DNA of 52,593 nucleotides, taken from IMG/VR virus record IMGVR_UViG_3300050119_000254, positions 1 to 52,593 of that record. One strand, 5' to 3'. The notes below the pieces were generated by a model that saw only the letters and a program-made list of their open reading frames with translations, was not told the DNA's origin and did no database searches. The stretch is from a virus (Duplodnaviria > Caudoviricetes). Below are positions 1-10,236 of the stretch, one piece after another; the stretch's first letter is position 1; every line of letters begins with the position of its first letter. Made by a program: the position numbers and the translations under genes.

Positions 1-15
1 AAGACGACACAGGAC

Positions 16-44
16 TTGACAAAAGTTTGCAGTTGTGTTAAATT
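16..44 (+). promoter_or_regulatory. sigma70-type promoter
   Basis: TTGACA(16-21), 17 bp spacer, TAAATT(39-44) with TG extended -10. Confidence 0.6.
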
Positions 45-141
45 TGGTCATCAAACAGCAACGCAACATTCATTTAAACGACAATCAAACCAACCACAAA
101 TCTATGAAGACCAAATCCACCACTGCTGAACTGAACCATTT

Positions 142-495
142 ATGAACCCAAAAGATTTCTCAAAATTGGTTGAAATGGGTGAACCGTCGCCCCAGGAGAA
201 GCCGGACGTGCTCGTGATGGCATGTAACCCCGATGACAGGAGCTACGACCTGTCGGTGGACGTGCGCGGGCGATTGGATGGGAGCACAGTCACTTCTCTG
301 GCAGATGTGGAATTGGAATTTCGCGGCGACTCTTACTGGGCATTCAAAACTAAGGCTTTCCAGGAAACAGGGAGAGTTATTGTGCGCCAGGATGATGACG
401 ACGGTGAAGAAGATATCACGGACGCGTTGCTCGCGACTATTCAGGCGGCGCGCGGGAAGTTCCGCGCAAGAGTGCCGACGAAGTGGAGACCTTGA
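142..495 (+). CDS. hypothetical protein with putative capsid-targeting leader MNPKDFSKLVE
   Basis: ORF; N-terminus matches the M-x-P-x-x-F-x-x-L-[LIV]-E leader found at five other sites. Confidence 0.6.
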   Translation: MNPKDFSKLVEMGEPSPQEKPDVLVMACNPDDRSYDLSVDVRGRLDGSTVTSLADVELEFRGDSYWAFKTKAFQETGRVIVRQDDDDGEEDITDALLATIQAARGKFRARVPTKWRP

Positions 496-1126
496 CCGGC
501 ATTCAAAACTAAGGGTGGAAAGTTCAGGGTCAGCACGCCCCACGGAACCAAGGCGAAGCACACCACGAAGGCCAAGGCGAAGAAACAGAAGAAGCTCCTC
601 AACGCGGTCGATCACAGTTGGAAGCCAAAGGCAGAGGCGCTAATTAGGGAGGTCGGGATCTTGGAAGCCGAGAACGTGGTGTTGATGGGCGACAAGATTG
701 TCACGGTGGATGAGCTTCTTCAGGCTCGCAAGGAGCAGCGCCGCAACAAATGGGCGCGTGAGCGCGGTGAAGATCCAGGACCGGACCCAATGTGGTGGAG
801 CGAGAAGCCTAGAATGATGACGACGGATGAACTAGCCGCCGAGATGCGGAATGGGGCTGACCTTGAGCCGGTGCGGTCGAACCAATCTTACGGCGGCGCT
901 GGTCACGGGTCACGGACCGCCACTATGGAGCGGCCTAAGGCGCCCTCTGGAGTTCCCAGAGGCTCCCAGCAGGCTGCAGAAGCTCAAGGGGAAGGCTTTC
1001 CGGGCCGCCGCCTATGTGGGAGCGGCGGGGGCCGCCTATGGAGTCGTTCACCACCTCACCAATAGTAATATGACACCGATTTTGTTCAACCAGTTGCTGG
1101 AGGCTGTAGCATTCATCAGGAGATGA
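496..1126 (+). pseudogene. in-frame continuation of ORF 142 past a single TGA; probable frameshift near 943
   Basis: Frame of 142 continues PAFKTKGGKFRVSTPHGTKAKHTTKAKAKKQKKLLNAVDHSWKP into ORF 661; an alternative frame after ~943 gives LEFPEA...AAAYVGAAGAAYG. Confidence 0.4.
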
Positions 1127-1407
1127 CAACTATCGCCAAGCCCAACGCTCTCAACGCCATCGTGTCCGTGTCTCCAGATCTCCAAGCCATCGTTGGCACG
1201 AAGCCCATCAGCCGAGGCGAGATCACCAAGAGACTATGGGCCTACATTAAGGGCGCCAACCCAGCCAAGGTGCAGCTTCAGAACCCAGACAAAAAGACTG
1301 AGATTATCCCGGACGCGGCGCTTCTAAAAGTGTTTGGCGGGAAGAAGAAAGTCGGGATGATGGAGATTCCGAAATTCGTCAACCTTCACATCGTCAAGCC
1401 AGTGTGA
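1123..1407 (+). CDS. SWIB/MDM2 domain protein
   Basis: VSPDLQAIVG..ISRGEITKRLWAYIK...LQNPDKKTEIIPDAALLKVFGG, the typical SWIB pattern. Confidence 0.9.
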   Translation: MTTIAKPNALNAIVSVSPDLQAIVGTKPISRGEITKRLWAYIKGANPAKVQLQNPDKKTEIIPDAALLKVFGGKKKVGMMEIPKFVNLHIVKPV

Positions 1408-1528
1408 GCTTCCGTGAATTCGACAAACGGTATCGGTACGCGCTCGCTTACTCGGCATTTTGTCCGTTCAAGCTGGCGCTCCTGCTACCGACCCGGTGCA
1501 GGCTCTCGCAGCCCTGTCGTCACTAACA

Positions 1529-2152
1529 TCATTGAACGTAGGACTGCGGCACTGGACTGATCGGACCCGGCGATACGGGTGGCGTCCTCCACTCTGGCGG
1601 CAGCCATATTGGTAACCCGAGGTTGGTCACCATGGTTTGCACGGCCACTTGGGTGGCCAGTATCCACCCGATCGTAGCCGCTAACGTAGCTGGCACGACA
1701 TATTCGTAACCATCCGGGGGGGCTCCCGCCACCGCGTTGACGATCGGGTCCCACTGGTAACCTTCACCACCCCTCGGCGGGTGCGACATCTGATGGAACT
1801 CTTTGGCTGTCCAGTGGGCGGTTTGAGCTTCCGTGATCCCGGCGGCGAACGATGGATTGAACGGAATTGCCACGTAACCCTTAGCGTGATTGAACGGACC
1901 TTCACCGGAGATTTCAAACGTCGACGATTTTATATAGTACTCGGTCTCCAGCAATTTGAGCGTGACCGACAGATAACACTCTCCGATAATGCACTGGGCC
2001 ACCAACCGGTCGGTGTCACCGCCGCTGATCGATTGATTGGCTAGCACCTCGTTTAGTTCGACGAAAAATCTGGCGACCGGTATGTAGTCGAACTCCTTTG
2101 TGGAATAATAATGCGGATCGAGGACTCCGTCAGGATTTGCTGCTATGCTCAA
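1529..2152 (-). CDS. hypothetical protein
   Basis: 207 aa ORF; CTAAATA motif lies 5 nt before the TTG start. Confidence 0.65.
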   Translation of the reverse strand: MSIAANPDGVLDPHYYSTKEFDYIPVARFFVELNEVLANQSISGGDTDRLVAQCIIGECYLSVTLKLLETEYYIKSSTFEISGEGPFNHAKGYVAIPFNPSFAAGITEAQTAHWTAKEFHQMSHPPRGGEGYQWDPIVNAVAGAPPDGYEYVVPATLAATIGWILATQVAVQTMVTNLGLPIWLPPEWRTPPVSPGPISPVPQSYVQ

Positions 2153-2157
2153 GCCGA

Positions 2158-2195
2158 TATTTAGCGCGCTTGATTTCAGCTCAATCCACTAAATA
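2158..2195. promoter_or_regulatory. divergent pair of CTAAATA putative late-promoter motifs
   Basis: CTAAATA on minus (2158-2164) and plus (2189-2195), upstream of divergent ORFs. Confidence 0.45.
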
Positions 2196-2209
2196 TGTGA
2201 CAGCACCCA

Positions 2210-2572
2210 ATGCAAATCACGCGCACTTTTAACAAGCTTATCGGAGTTTCAGCCGCCACAGTGTTCGAGCTCGTCGGCCAGAACGCCAATGGGTTTGCAA
2301 TCCGATTGGAGAACCAGGACCCGGCCAACACGATGGTCTACAAATTCCAGTCCAGCCTGGACGGGGTGACCTGGACCGATCTGCCGTTGCCGATTGGAGG
2401 AGGTGGAACCGCGATCACGTTTGCGCTGCTCCCGGCCACTAATCAGCTCATTAATATCATGCAGACGGGCCGGATTCAAATGGTGGCGAGCGGCGATCTC
2501 CAAGCCAGCTTGTCGATCAGCACGTTCTATCCTTCCGCGATCGACGCAACGCCACTCCAAATCCTCGGATAA
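2210..2572 (+). CDS. hypothetical beta-rich, possibly virion protein
   Basis: 120 aa ORF; YKFQSSLDGVTWTDL segment. Confidence 0.6.
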   Translation: MQITRTFNKLIGVSAATVFELVGQNANGFAIRLENQDPANTMVYKFQSSLDGVTWTDLPLPIGGGGTAITFALLPATNQLINIMQTGRIQMVASGDLQASLSISTFYPSAIDATPLQILG

Positions 2573-3204
2573 TGCGACGCTTTCATAACAACACGATCGG
2601 TGAAAAGCTAGCCCGCGACTCGGCTGATCTGGTTCAGCAGATTGGGAAGATCGACGCCCAGCAATATGCGCCAGAGTTCCAGTCCGCTGATCCTGAGGAA
2701 GTGATTCAGCACGATAAGTTTGTGGCGGCGCTGGAATCCAAGTATGACATCACGATTCACCGATGGGAGCCGGTGCGTGAGGGATTGATCGTCTACCTGG
2801 ACGCTGAAAACACTGTCCAGCTCACCACCCAGATGGATGGGGGGCACGAGCCATCCGACCAGGAGTCGACGCCCAACGATGAGTTTGCGCAATGGTGTGA
2901 GGAGCAGGGATACCTGATCCTGCGCCGTGGGATGCCGGAGGACATCGAGTTCGGAGGGTTCCCAGTTTCGACCAGCAGGTGGGTGTTCGTTTACGCGCCC
3001 GTGGAAGTGGGTGGCGACGGATGGTGCGATCCGAACTCCAACGATAAGATCGACGGAGCCAGAGTCGCTGATATGGAGAAGCGCACCAATGAGCTGATCA
3101 AGGGAATTAAGAAGCTGCACATCGGCGACCAGACTAACGACGGCGTCCTGCAGAAAGTCGCCAAGACGCTGGGCGTGTCGGTCAAGAAATGGGACCGAGT
3201 TTAG
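2572..3204 (+). CDS. hypothetical acidic protein
   Basis: 210 aa ORF coupled to the upstream gene (TAATG overlap). Confidence 0.7.
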   Translation: MRRFHNNTIGEKLARDSADLVQQIGKIDAQQYAPEFQSADPEEVIQHDKFVAALESKYDITIHRWEPVREGLIVYLDAENTVQLTTQMDGGHEPSDQESTPNDEFAQWCEEQGYLILRRGMPEDIEFGGFPVSTSRWVFVYAPVEVGGDGWCDPNSNDKIDGARVADMEKRTNELIKGIKKLHIGDQTNDGVLQKVAKTLGVSVKKWDRV

Positions 3205-3221
3205 TCTGCTAAGTATTGGCG

Positions 3222-5552
3222 ATGAACGTCGCCCACTATTACGCGCCCAGAATTCGCCGCCGTGCACGGGACCGGAGGATCGCTGATCAAAAGGAAGCTG
3301 TTCAGGAGGTTCAAGCGGAGGAGTCGCTGATCATTCAACCGGAGTGGCAGTTCTTTGTTCACGGCAAACCGGCCACAATTCAGATCAACGAGAGCTACCA
3401 AGTAGCCGGTAGGCAGCTACCGACGATGTTGGGCGAGTGCTCGATGCCGGTCGCCGTCGTCCTGCAACGATTCGGTGACTTGTCCGGCCAGCTACCATGG
3501 TTGAATGAAGAGGTGTCTAGCTGGGTGCGCGAGTCAAGCATGCAGGTATACTTGAATCCGGACCATCCAGATCATATCTGGGCGATGGAGAGCTTGCACG
3601 ACTGCCTGATCCAACATGGGTGGACTAACACTGTGCAAGAAAGCTTCAAATGGAGAAGCTTCAAATGGAGATTGGACGAGCCTGCCGATGATTATTATTA
3701 CTGTAACTATAAGCAATATATTGTCACCGTGTGCAAGTCCAGAGTATGTGATAGGTGGATATTGTGTGTAAGTTTATGTGATCGTCGTTGTACGCGGATA
3801 AGCCCCACAATCGTGGATGACTTGGTTTTCGACACTTTAGAGGACGCGCAACAGTCAGCCGAGGCAACCATTTTAGCGGATGAGTCAGACCGGCGCGATG
3901 CACGTAAGATATCCACCGATCAAGCTGATCTTCCGGAGTCGTTGCAGGAGGCGCGCTGGGCCAGCATGGGACGCAGTTGGACAACGCAGATAGGTAATTG
4001 TGGCCTTTGGGTTAGTCCTGCGGACAGTTTATCACGCGCCGGTGAAGAAGGAGCGAAAGGCTGGCGCTGGACCTTATATCAAGGGCATGATCATCGGTGG
4101 ACTGACGACGCACGAACTGGCATTGAACCGACTGTTGATCAAGCTAAGGAAGCCGCCGTTATGGCGTATCGTCAGATGGGTCAGGACGCCACTTCACGCC
4201 TCGATCTTCTGGAAGCTGTGCAGCTATCGTGGAGGAAGGAAGATGATGAATGGAGAGGCTTCAACAGCCGGTACACCGCCTACATCAGGAAAATTGATGG
4301 AGGCTACATCGACCATCCCGGCATGCAGTGGAAATGGTCACTATTTCGCGCCAGAATCGAAACGTTGATCGAGCAGAACTTTGCTAGAACTTTTGATGAT
4401 GCTAAGGCCGCCGTGATGGCGTCGATCAACGCTGATGCATGGGTGCGCAGCCCTAATCATCCTGATATTGATGATCTTCCGGAATCCACTAGCTGGAACT
4501 GGCTCGGCTTCTCCGATGCTGGATTTTGTGGACACGATAAGAGGTTCAAGTTTATAGCTTATGTGGACCAGGTTATCGGCACAAGCCACCCGGAGTTCGG
4601 AAGATGGAAGTGGTCTGCCAGCTCCCATGACGAGTCGATGTTTGGGGAGGGATATTGTGATAACAGTAGGGAAGCTAAAAAAGCGGTGGAAGCATTTGTT
4701 CGAGATTGTTCGAAGAGTGGAGGGGATCTTGACCTTCCGGAGTCGCAGCAGCCCATCCAGGCGCTCAGCGAGGTATCTTTCCGCCGTCTCATGCAATATA
4801 CGCAGGCCAATGGGCGATATAAGGCGGGCGGAATGCGCCGCGTGGCTGGGAAGTGGATTTACGACCCCACCGTGGCGGGCCGGATCGAGAATTCCCGGTT
4901 CGTCCTGACCAATCCGCCGCGCATCAGGATCGATACTGACGGCTACGCGATCATCAATTACTCGTTCAAGTCCCGATCCGACCGATGCACCTCCGGATTA
5001 AGAGCGCGCGGTTACGTCAAGTTCATCACCGGCGACAAGCGCGCTAAATATCAATTCGGCCAGAAGGTAATGGTGGGCTGCAGCTGTGCCGATTTTAAAT
5101 ATCGTCAGGCATTCGTGCTATCGAAGATGGGGGCGTCACATACTCCTACTGGGGCTGGAGGCGAAGCTACCAACACTCCACCGGTGATCACGAACCCACA
5201 TATGCTACCGTCACTGTGCAAGCACGGCGTCGCGGTAGCTGCTTTTGTGACGAAGAATGTGAAGGATTTTGAGCAGCAAGTTCGGGATATGAAGCGCCAG
5301 TCGAAGGTTGAACCTATTGCTCCCGGTAAGTCTCCAATCGTGAAACCTGATGATAAGGTCAGCAAACCGGAAATTACTCCAAAGCCTAGCAAGCCTAAAG
5401 ACAAGAACAAGAAACCGTTGAACGTGCCGGACGTTGATAAGAAGGTCATGGATCGCAAGGCAAGAGAGGCGGCGGAGCCGCCCGGTGGCGAGGAGTCAGA
5501 GGCCACCCCACGGGATAAAGATAGAGACGGACAAAGCGATAGCGGTCGGTAA
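3222..5552 (+). CDS. modular DLPES polyprotein: four Trp-rich modules, SWIM-like Zn finger, Lys/Pro tail
   Basis: DLPES x3 plus DLLEA; CSCADF...LCKH motif; CTAAGTA 6 nt before ATG. Confidence 0.75.
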   Translation: MNVAHYYAPRIRRRARDRRIADQKEAVQEVQAEESLIIQPEWQFFVHGKPATIQINESYQVAGRQLPTMLGECSMPVAVVLQRFGDLSGQLPWLNEEVSSWVRESSMQVYLNPDHPDHIWAMESLHDCLIQHGWTNTVQESFKWRSFKWRLDEPADDYYYCNYKQYIVTVCKSRVCDRWILCVSLCDRRCTRISPTIVDDLVFDTLEDAQQSAEATILADESDRRDARKISTDQADLPESLQEARWASMGRSWTTQIGNCGLWVSPADSLSRAGEEGAKGWRWTLYQGHDHRWTDDARTGIEPTVDQAKEAAVMAYRQMGQDATSRLDLLEAVQLSWRKEDDEWRGFNSRYTAYIRKIDGGYIDHPGMQWKWSLFRARIETLIEQNFARTFDDAKAAVMASINADAWVRSPNHPDIDDLPESTSWNWLGFSDAGFCGHDKRFKFIAYVDQVIGTSHPEFGRWKWSASSHDESMFGEGYCDNSREAKKAVEAFVRDCSKSGGDLDLPESQQPIQALSEVSFRRLMQYTQANGRYKAGGMRRVAGKWIYDPTVAGRIENSRFVLTNPPRIRIDTDGYAIINYSFKSRSDRCTSGLRARGYVKFITGDKRAKYQFGQKVMVGCSCADFKYRQAFVLSKMGASHTPTGAGGEATNTPPVITNPHMLPSLCKHGVAVAAFVTKNVKDFEQQVRDMKRQSKVEPIAPGKSPIVKPDDKVSKPEITPKPSKPKDKNKKPLNVPDVDKKVMDRKAREAAEPPGGEESEATPRDKDRDGQSDSGR

Positions 5553-5565
5553 CATTCATTCCGTC

Positions 5566-7071
5566 ATGTTGGTGTTACCTCGAAACTGCACGGTGTGCAA
5601 ACTTTCATTTATGCCGTCAGGTCCAAGAGCTGGCGCACTGAAACGGTGCGACAGTTGCCGGACATATTCAAAGAGAAAGTGGCAGGAGAATGGCGACAAA
5701 TATAAGTGTCGCAACAATTTGGAGCGCGCGGAGCATAGCAGATTGAGAATGGTAAGGGCTAGAATACGAAATGAGCAGTTGCTTCTCGCAACATATGGGG
5801 TCGACGGCAGTTATGTGTGCCCATGCGGTTTCAGATCTCCGATCAAGCGCCAGTTTTCGTTTCATCATGTTGACCCGTCAATTAAAACGTGTGAGATCAC
5901 GCGTAAATTGCGTGCATTGAGCTTCAGCATAGACCTACTCGAATCCGAGGGCGTCATAATGAAGTGTGAGAACTGCCACCGAGTGGAACACGGTAACGGC
6001 GGGGCAAAGAGGACTATGTGGAAGCGCCTTCAAGACGCTGGGGTAGATCTAATATGCTGCATGTGCGAGGGCAGATTCGACCCGTGCGTTTACGACTTCC
6101 ACCATCTGGGCAACAAGCGTTTCAACGTCAGTCAGACTAATTGGAAGCTTGATAATATGTTACCAGAGCTGCGGAAATGCGTGATCGTGTGTGCCAGGTG
6201 CCATCGAGCCATCGATGCTGGAGTGCCTTGCCCATCAACGTTGACCGTAGGACAGCAGATCGATCAGCGACGAGTTGTATGCCATCAACGCAAGGTTCGC
6301 AACGCTGATGAACCAGCCAGCAGGTTGACGCATCCGCAGCTATTTGATAGGCCATTGGGTGACTTCATGCTGCAAAAGGAGCCTTATTCGACAGAGCTTA
6401 AGGAGTTCATCGAGCGCCGCGATTGGACCCAGCGAGTGGGCAACACCCCAAGATGGTGCTTCACAGCCCGGATTGATGGTGTGTTAGCCGGTGTCATCAT
6501 GATTGGTCAACCGCCCGGCCACACGACTTTGTTCAAGAACGACGCGGATTATCACGACGCCCAAGCCGTTATTCAGCGTGGGGCGTCCGCGTCGTTTGGT
6601 CACCGTAATCTCGGCTCCAAGCTGATCATGTGGTCGATTCGTTGGATGGTAAGGAACACCGAGAAGCGCACGTTTGTCGGATACGCGGACCCGGAAGCTG
6701 GTGAGCGTGGTCGAATCTATGCGGCTTGCAACTTCCGACACATCATTGGAGATTTCGGAGCTAAAATTTGCCTTCAACACCCAGACGTGAATGATGGTCA
6801 ACCATTCTCGCCATCATACTTGTACCACTGGCGGCGGATTAAGGAACATCTGATGCATTTGAGACTATGGAAAACCGAGTATTCGGTTGGTGGCGTCCCG
6901 AAGTCTCTGATGGAGCGCTGTCATCGACACAACAAACGGATTATGCATCAAGCCACAAGGGTTCGCACATCCTCGAAGAGGAAGTGGGTGCTGGTGGCGG
7001 CGCCCAACAAGCGTGAACTAAAGCGTCTGCAAAGCGAGCTGCTAGCATTGCGTCAAGATACCGTCCCGTAA
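5566..7071 (+). CDS. tandem HNH endonuclease domains fused to a Mom-like (GNAT) DNA-modification domain
   Basis: FHHVDP..CENCHR and DFHH..CARCHR; C-terminal WCFTAR..QRGAS..YADPEAGERGRIYAACNF. Confidence 0.75.
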   Translation: MLVLPRNCTVCKLSFMPSGPRAGALKRCDSCRTYSKRKWQENGDKYKCRNNLERAEHSRLRMVRARIRNEQLLLATYGVDGSYVCPCGFRSPIKRQFSFHHVDPSIKTCEITRKLRALSFSIDLLESEGVIMKCENCHRVEHGNGGAKRTMWKRLQDAGVDLICCMCEGRFDPCVYDFHHLGNKRFNVSQTNWKLDNMLPELRKCVIVCARCHRAIDAGVPCPSTLTVGQQIDQRRVVCHQRKVRNADEPASRLTHPQLFDRPLGDFMLQKEPYSTELKEFIERRDWTQRVGNTPRWCFTARIDGVLAGVIMIGQPPGHTTLFKNDADYHDAQAVIQRGASASFGHRNLGSKLIMWSIRWMVRNTEKRTFVGYADPEAGERGRIYAACNFRHIIGDFGAKICLQHPDVNDGQPFSPSYLYHWRRIKEHLMHLRLWKTEYSVGGVPKSLMERCHRHNKRIMHQATRVRTSSKRKWVLVAAPNKRELKRLQSELLALRQDTVP

Positions 7072-7659
7072 CCAGCCGTGCCAACCGCCTCGGCTATGGA
7101 GGATTGATGGTGTGACGGTAATCCGGGGTGGCGTTCCGGTGACCTGCCATCCCTGGCCTTTTGATGAGGTCGTGTCCATGTCCCATACTCCTCCAGGCGT
7201 TCGGCAGAATAAGTGTGGGAACGGACCAAGTTGGTCTCCGATATGACGTTGCAACAGGTAGATGGAGTCTGGCCCGTGACCCCACGGTTGTTCCCAGATT
7301 GAACCGACCGGCAACCTCATGAGAGCGACTGGCTCCGAGGCCAGATCTGAAGCGTCCCGATATAGCCAGTCGGTGTGGACCTGCCACTCATCGGAGTCAC
7401 TAAACGGTGTGCCGCAGTGTTCGCAAGCTTTGGGCCATCTGGGGTCGTTATGGTCCCACTCGTAGTGGCGGATTAAGACAATGCCATCGATTGGTTCCGG
7501 CACGATGTCGTCCAAATGCTGTTGGGCGTCGCAATATAAAGTATATCCGAGCCTATCAGGAGACTTCGGACATTTACGAGTATCCGATGACACGTAGCGG
7601 CGCAGATAGCGACGGATCTGGCCGGTTGCCACGTAATATCGGCAAGTGATGGGTTCCAT
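7042..7659 (-). CDS. hypothetical protein with DUF6527-like C-terminus
   Basis: CEHC motif; ends PRITVTPSIL..WHGWLRDG. Confidence 0.6.
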   Translation of the reverse strand: MEPITCRYYVATGQIRRYLRRYVSSDTRKCPKSPDRLGYTLYCDAQQHLDDIVPEPIDGIVLIRHYEWDHNDPRWPKACEHCGTPFSDSDEWQVHTDWLYRDASDLASEPVALMRLPVGSIWEQPWGHGPDSIYLLQRHIGDQLGPFPHLFCRTPGGVWDMDTTSSKGQGWQVTGTPPRITVTPSILHSRGGWHGWLRDGILTQC

Positions 7660-7675
7660 CACTAGATATAGGGCG

Positions 7676-8281
7676 ATGTTGCACGCCACACAGCCTTCAC
7701 TTCAATCGTTTCGCGACGCCTTCTGCCTCGGTGATCCATTGAGCTCCAATCTTTGGGCAGCATGCCGATGGCGCAAGGAGCCCAACGCCACGGCCTGCAA
7801 CTATACGGTTGTGATCTTCAATCTGTCCAACACTCTGAAGGCGCAATTCAAGCTGCAGAGTTCGCAAATTCCCTACGGGGACGAGGATAATATCGCCGAC
7901 ATCTCAATTCCAGTTGAATCCGTCAACGACACTTCATCTCCCAACGCTGTCACCTGGGCATGGCAGAAAGGATTGTTCAACAGTTCGTTCATCGATCTGC
8001 CCGTATACGTCAACGACAGTCTCAACACGACCGTCGACCTGTCGATCGTTCCGGGTGGACAAATCTCAATCAGCTTCACTAGCAACGCTCCGTTCATTCA
8101 GTGGGTGCCGCTGGCTAATTCAGGAGCGCGGTTGCAAGTGATCGCGGGCACGACCCAGCCGATCGCGGTCTGGAGTCATGAGGAAGTTCATCCGATGCCA
8201 CAAGATGCCAATGGTGGGTCGTTCCCGCTGGTGGGAATCTCGGTCTCGGAAGGCAATTCTGGCAACATGGACGACGCCTAA
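7676..8281 (+). CDS. hypothetical protein, possibly virion
   Basis: ORF with CTAGATA motif upstream. Confidence 0.6.
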   Translation: MLHATQPSLQSFRDAFCLGDPLSSNLWAACRWRKEPNATACNYTVVIFNLSNTLKAQFKLQSSQIPYGDEDNIADISIPVESVNDTSSPNAVTWAWQKGLFNSSFIDLPVYVNDSLNTTVDLSIVPGGQISISFTSNAPFIQWVPLANSGARLQVIAGTTQPIAVWSHEEVHPMPQDANGGSFPLVGISVSEGNSGNMDDA

Positions 8282-8291
8282 GAGATCTAAG

Positions 8292-9974
8292 ATGCGACCA
8301 TTCCCACATTGCAGCAGAGCGGTTGAGCTTCATTTCAAGCGTCGGAAAGTGATCGAGCGCGTCCGGCCAGCTATTCCGATTCCATCTGTGCATCTGACAT
8401 TGATGGAAGCTGATCTTGACCTTCCGACGTCTCCCCCAGATCAACCGCCAGCCCGCCCTATGTCGCCAAGCGATGGAGGCGATGGAGTCGGACAAATCAT
8501 CCGCCAATATAACACGATCTGGCTGTCGGCTAAAGAATATTTTGACGGCAAGGTCGATGATCTTGTTCATCTGCCCGCCGAGTCCAAGGACAAACTTTTG
8601 GCGCAGGCCGCGTCCGGGCTGATCGCCCAATATGAGCTCGACCCGTCCAAGGAGCCGAGCCGCGACCATATTCGTGACACCGCGCTGATGCTGGCCGACA
8701 AGATCGACGACCTTTACCAGGATCGTGGACCGGACGAGCAGAAGGAATATGCCAACCGGCTCGCCCAAGGGTTGCGGGAATTTCACAACCAGGTCGATCC
8801 AGGGAGCGAGGAGCCCGATGATGAACCAACCGACGACGCTCCCGAGAAGCCTGCCAAGCCCAAGGTATCCAAGGAACCCAAGCACGACTTCGACCGCGAC
8901 ATGGCTAGGGAGCTGCCGAACCGCCATCAAGGCGTGACGAGGCGGCGTCCGCAGGAATCAATTGACGAATCATTGAAGAGTAACTGCGCCGCAAATGGTG
9001 TGGACGTTGGGTTCTTGAATCAGTTAACCAGCGCCGTGTATCCGAGGGCGGGTAGACTTAATAGTCGCGTCTTTAATAAGCTGTTTAACGCCTACGCTGA
9101 AAGGATTGCCGGATGTTTTGCGCCAGAAGATAGTGAGGATACGTTGAAGCATCAATGTTTCGATTATTTACCGTTTTACCGTAAGGAAATTCGAGATAAC
9201 GACATTGCGTTGGGCGTAGCGCTAGCGATTGGGGATGATAAGGAAGATCAGGACGAAGTGTTGAGCATGTTGCGTGGAAGAAGTCCATGCAAGACCCTCA
9301 TCAACAGACTCCGGAAAATCTTGATCGTTGGGCTTGTATCGACGCCATCCGGCACGTCACCCAAGACGTTGATGGTGGCACGGGTTGGTGACTATGAAGG
9401 TATAATTCGCCAGCTTGATGCGCATTCAGTGAAGGACGGTGAAGAAGCTGGTCAATGGCGTTGGATAGTTATTAGTGAGAACGATTTCGACTTTGAACAG
9501 CGCGGCGTTGTCGATACCATGGATCAAGCTAAGGAGGCGGCGGAGGCGACCATTCGTCAGCACAATGCAAAATCCGGCAACAGCGCAGACCTGCCGGAAT
9601 CGATGGTAGATCGGCTGCTGGAGACCGACCCCACGTTGAGCATGAACTTTGTCCATTGCCCGGAGTGCGGGCTCAAGTGCCGCCGCTCCAATGGGAAGTG
9701 CTTGTGCAACCATTGTGGTCATCGATTCAATCACGTGATCGATGATGATCTTCCCGAGTCCACCCATTCGCGCAATGCCTTGGCGCCAGTTAAGGACGCA
9801 CTGATCGCTTACATCAAGCAGCACCCATATTCGGCGTTCACTCCTGAGAGCTTGGCGCACGCTACTGACCAGGACATCATCATGGTGCTGAGCGCGCTGC
9901 GATCATTGAAGCGCGAGGGAGCATTGCGAGTCCAGAAGCGCACTCGTCGCAATCTCTACGAGCTTCCATTATGA
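8292..9974 (+). CDS. modular DLPES polyprotein (acidic helical part, Trp-rich module, Zn ribbon, winged-HTH-like module)
   Basis: DLPESMVDRLLE, CPECG..CNHC, DLPES, then an HTH-like tail. Confidence 0.7.
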   Translation: MRPFPHCSRAVELHFKRRKVIERVRPAIPIPSVHLTLMEADLDLPTSPPDQPPARPMSPSDGGDGVGQIIRQYNTIWLSAKEYFDGKVDDLVHLPAESKDKLLAQAASGLIAQYELDPSKEPSRDHIRDTALMLADKIDDLYQDRGPDEQKEYANRLAQGLREFHNQVDPGSEEPDDEPTDDAPEKPAKPKVSKEPKHDFDRDMARELPNRHQGVTRRRPQESIDESLKSNCAANGVDVGFLNQLTSAVYPRAGRLNSRVFNKLFNAYAERIAGCFAPEDSEDTLKHQCFDYLPFYRKEIRDNDIALGVALAIGDDKEDQDEVLSMLRGRSPCKTLINRLRKILIVGLVSTPSGTSPKTLMVARVGDYEGIIRQLDAHSVKDGEEAGQWRWIVISENDFDFEQRGVVDTMDQAKEAAEATIRQHNAKSGNSADLPESMVDRLLETDPTLSMNFVHCPECGLKCRRSNGKCLCNHCGHRFNHVIDDDLPESTHSRNALAPVKDALIAYIKQHPYSAFTPESLAHATDQDIIMVLSALRSLKREGALRVQKRTRRNLYELPL

Positions 9975-10234
9975 CTGCCATGAGATATCTTGTTAACCTT
10001 TTTCTGATCTTCGTCGCGATCGTTTTGACGAGCTTGCGCATTAACTGGTGCCCGCATTTCGATCACTCGTGGCCAATTGTGTTCATGGCGGCGTCGCACG
10101 TCTTTGTCGGCGTCTGCGTCACCATGATGTTCTGGCCGAAGCTGCAACGCCATGAGCGTTTCTTCTACGCTCTGCTTTGGCTCGTGCCCGGATTGATCGA
10201 ATTTTGGGCGTTCAAGACCCTCCGACTTCCTTAA
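9971..10234 (+). CDS. small membrane protein
   Basis: three hydrophobic segments. Confidence 0.6.
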   Translation: MTAMRYLVNLFLIFVAIVLTSLRINWCPHFDHSWPIVFMAASHVFVGVCVTMMFWPKLQRHERFFYALLWLVPGLIEFWAFKTLRLP

Positions 10235-10236
10235 CG

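Noticed and set aside
493-495. Genome-wide stop-codon reassignment (TGA or TAG)
   Set aside because: Many genes end cleanly at TGA (often in ATGA overlaps) or TAG, and core genes are intact under the standard code.
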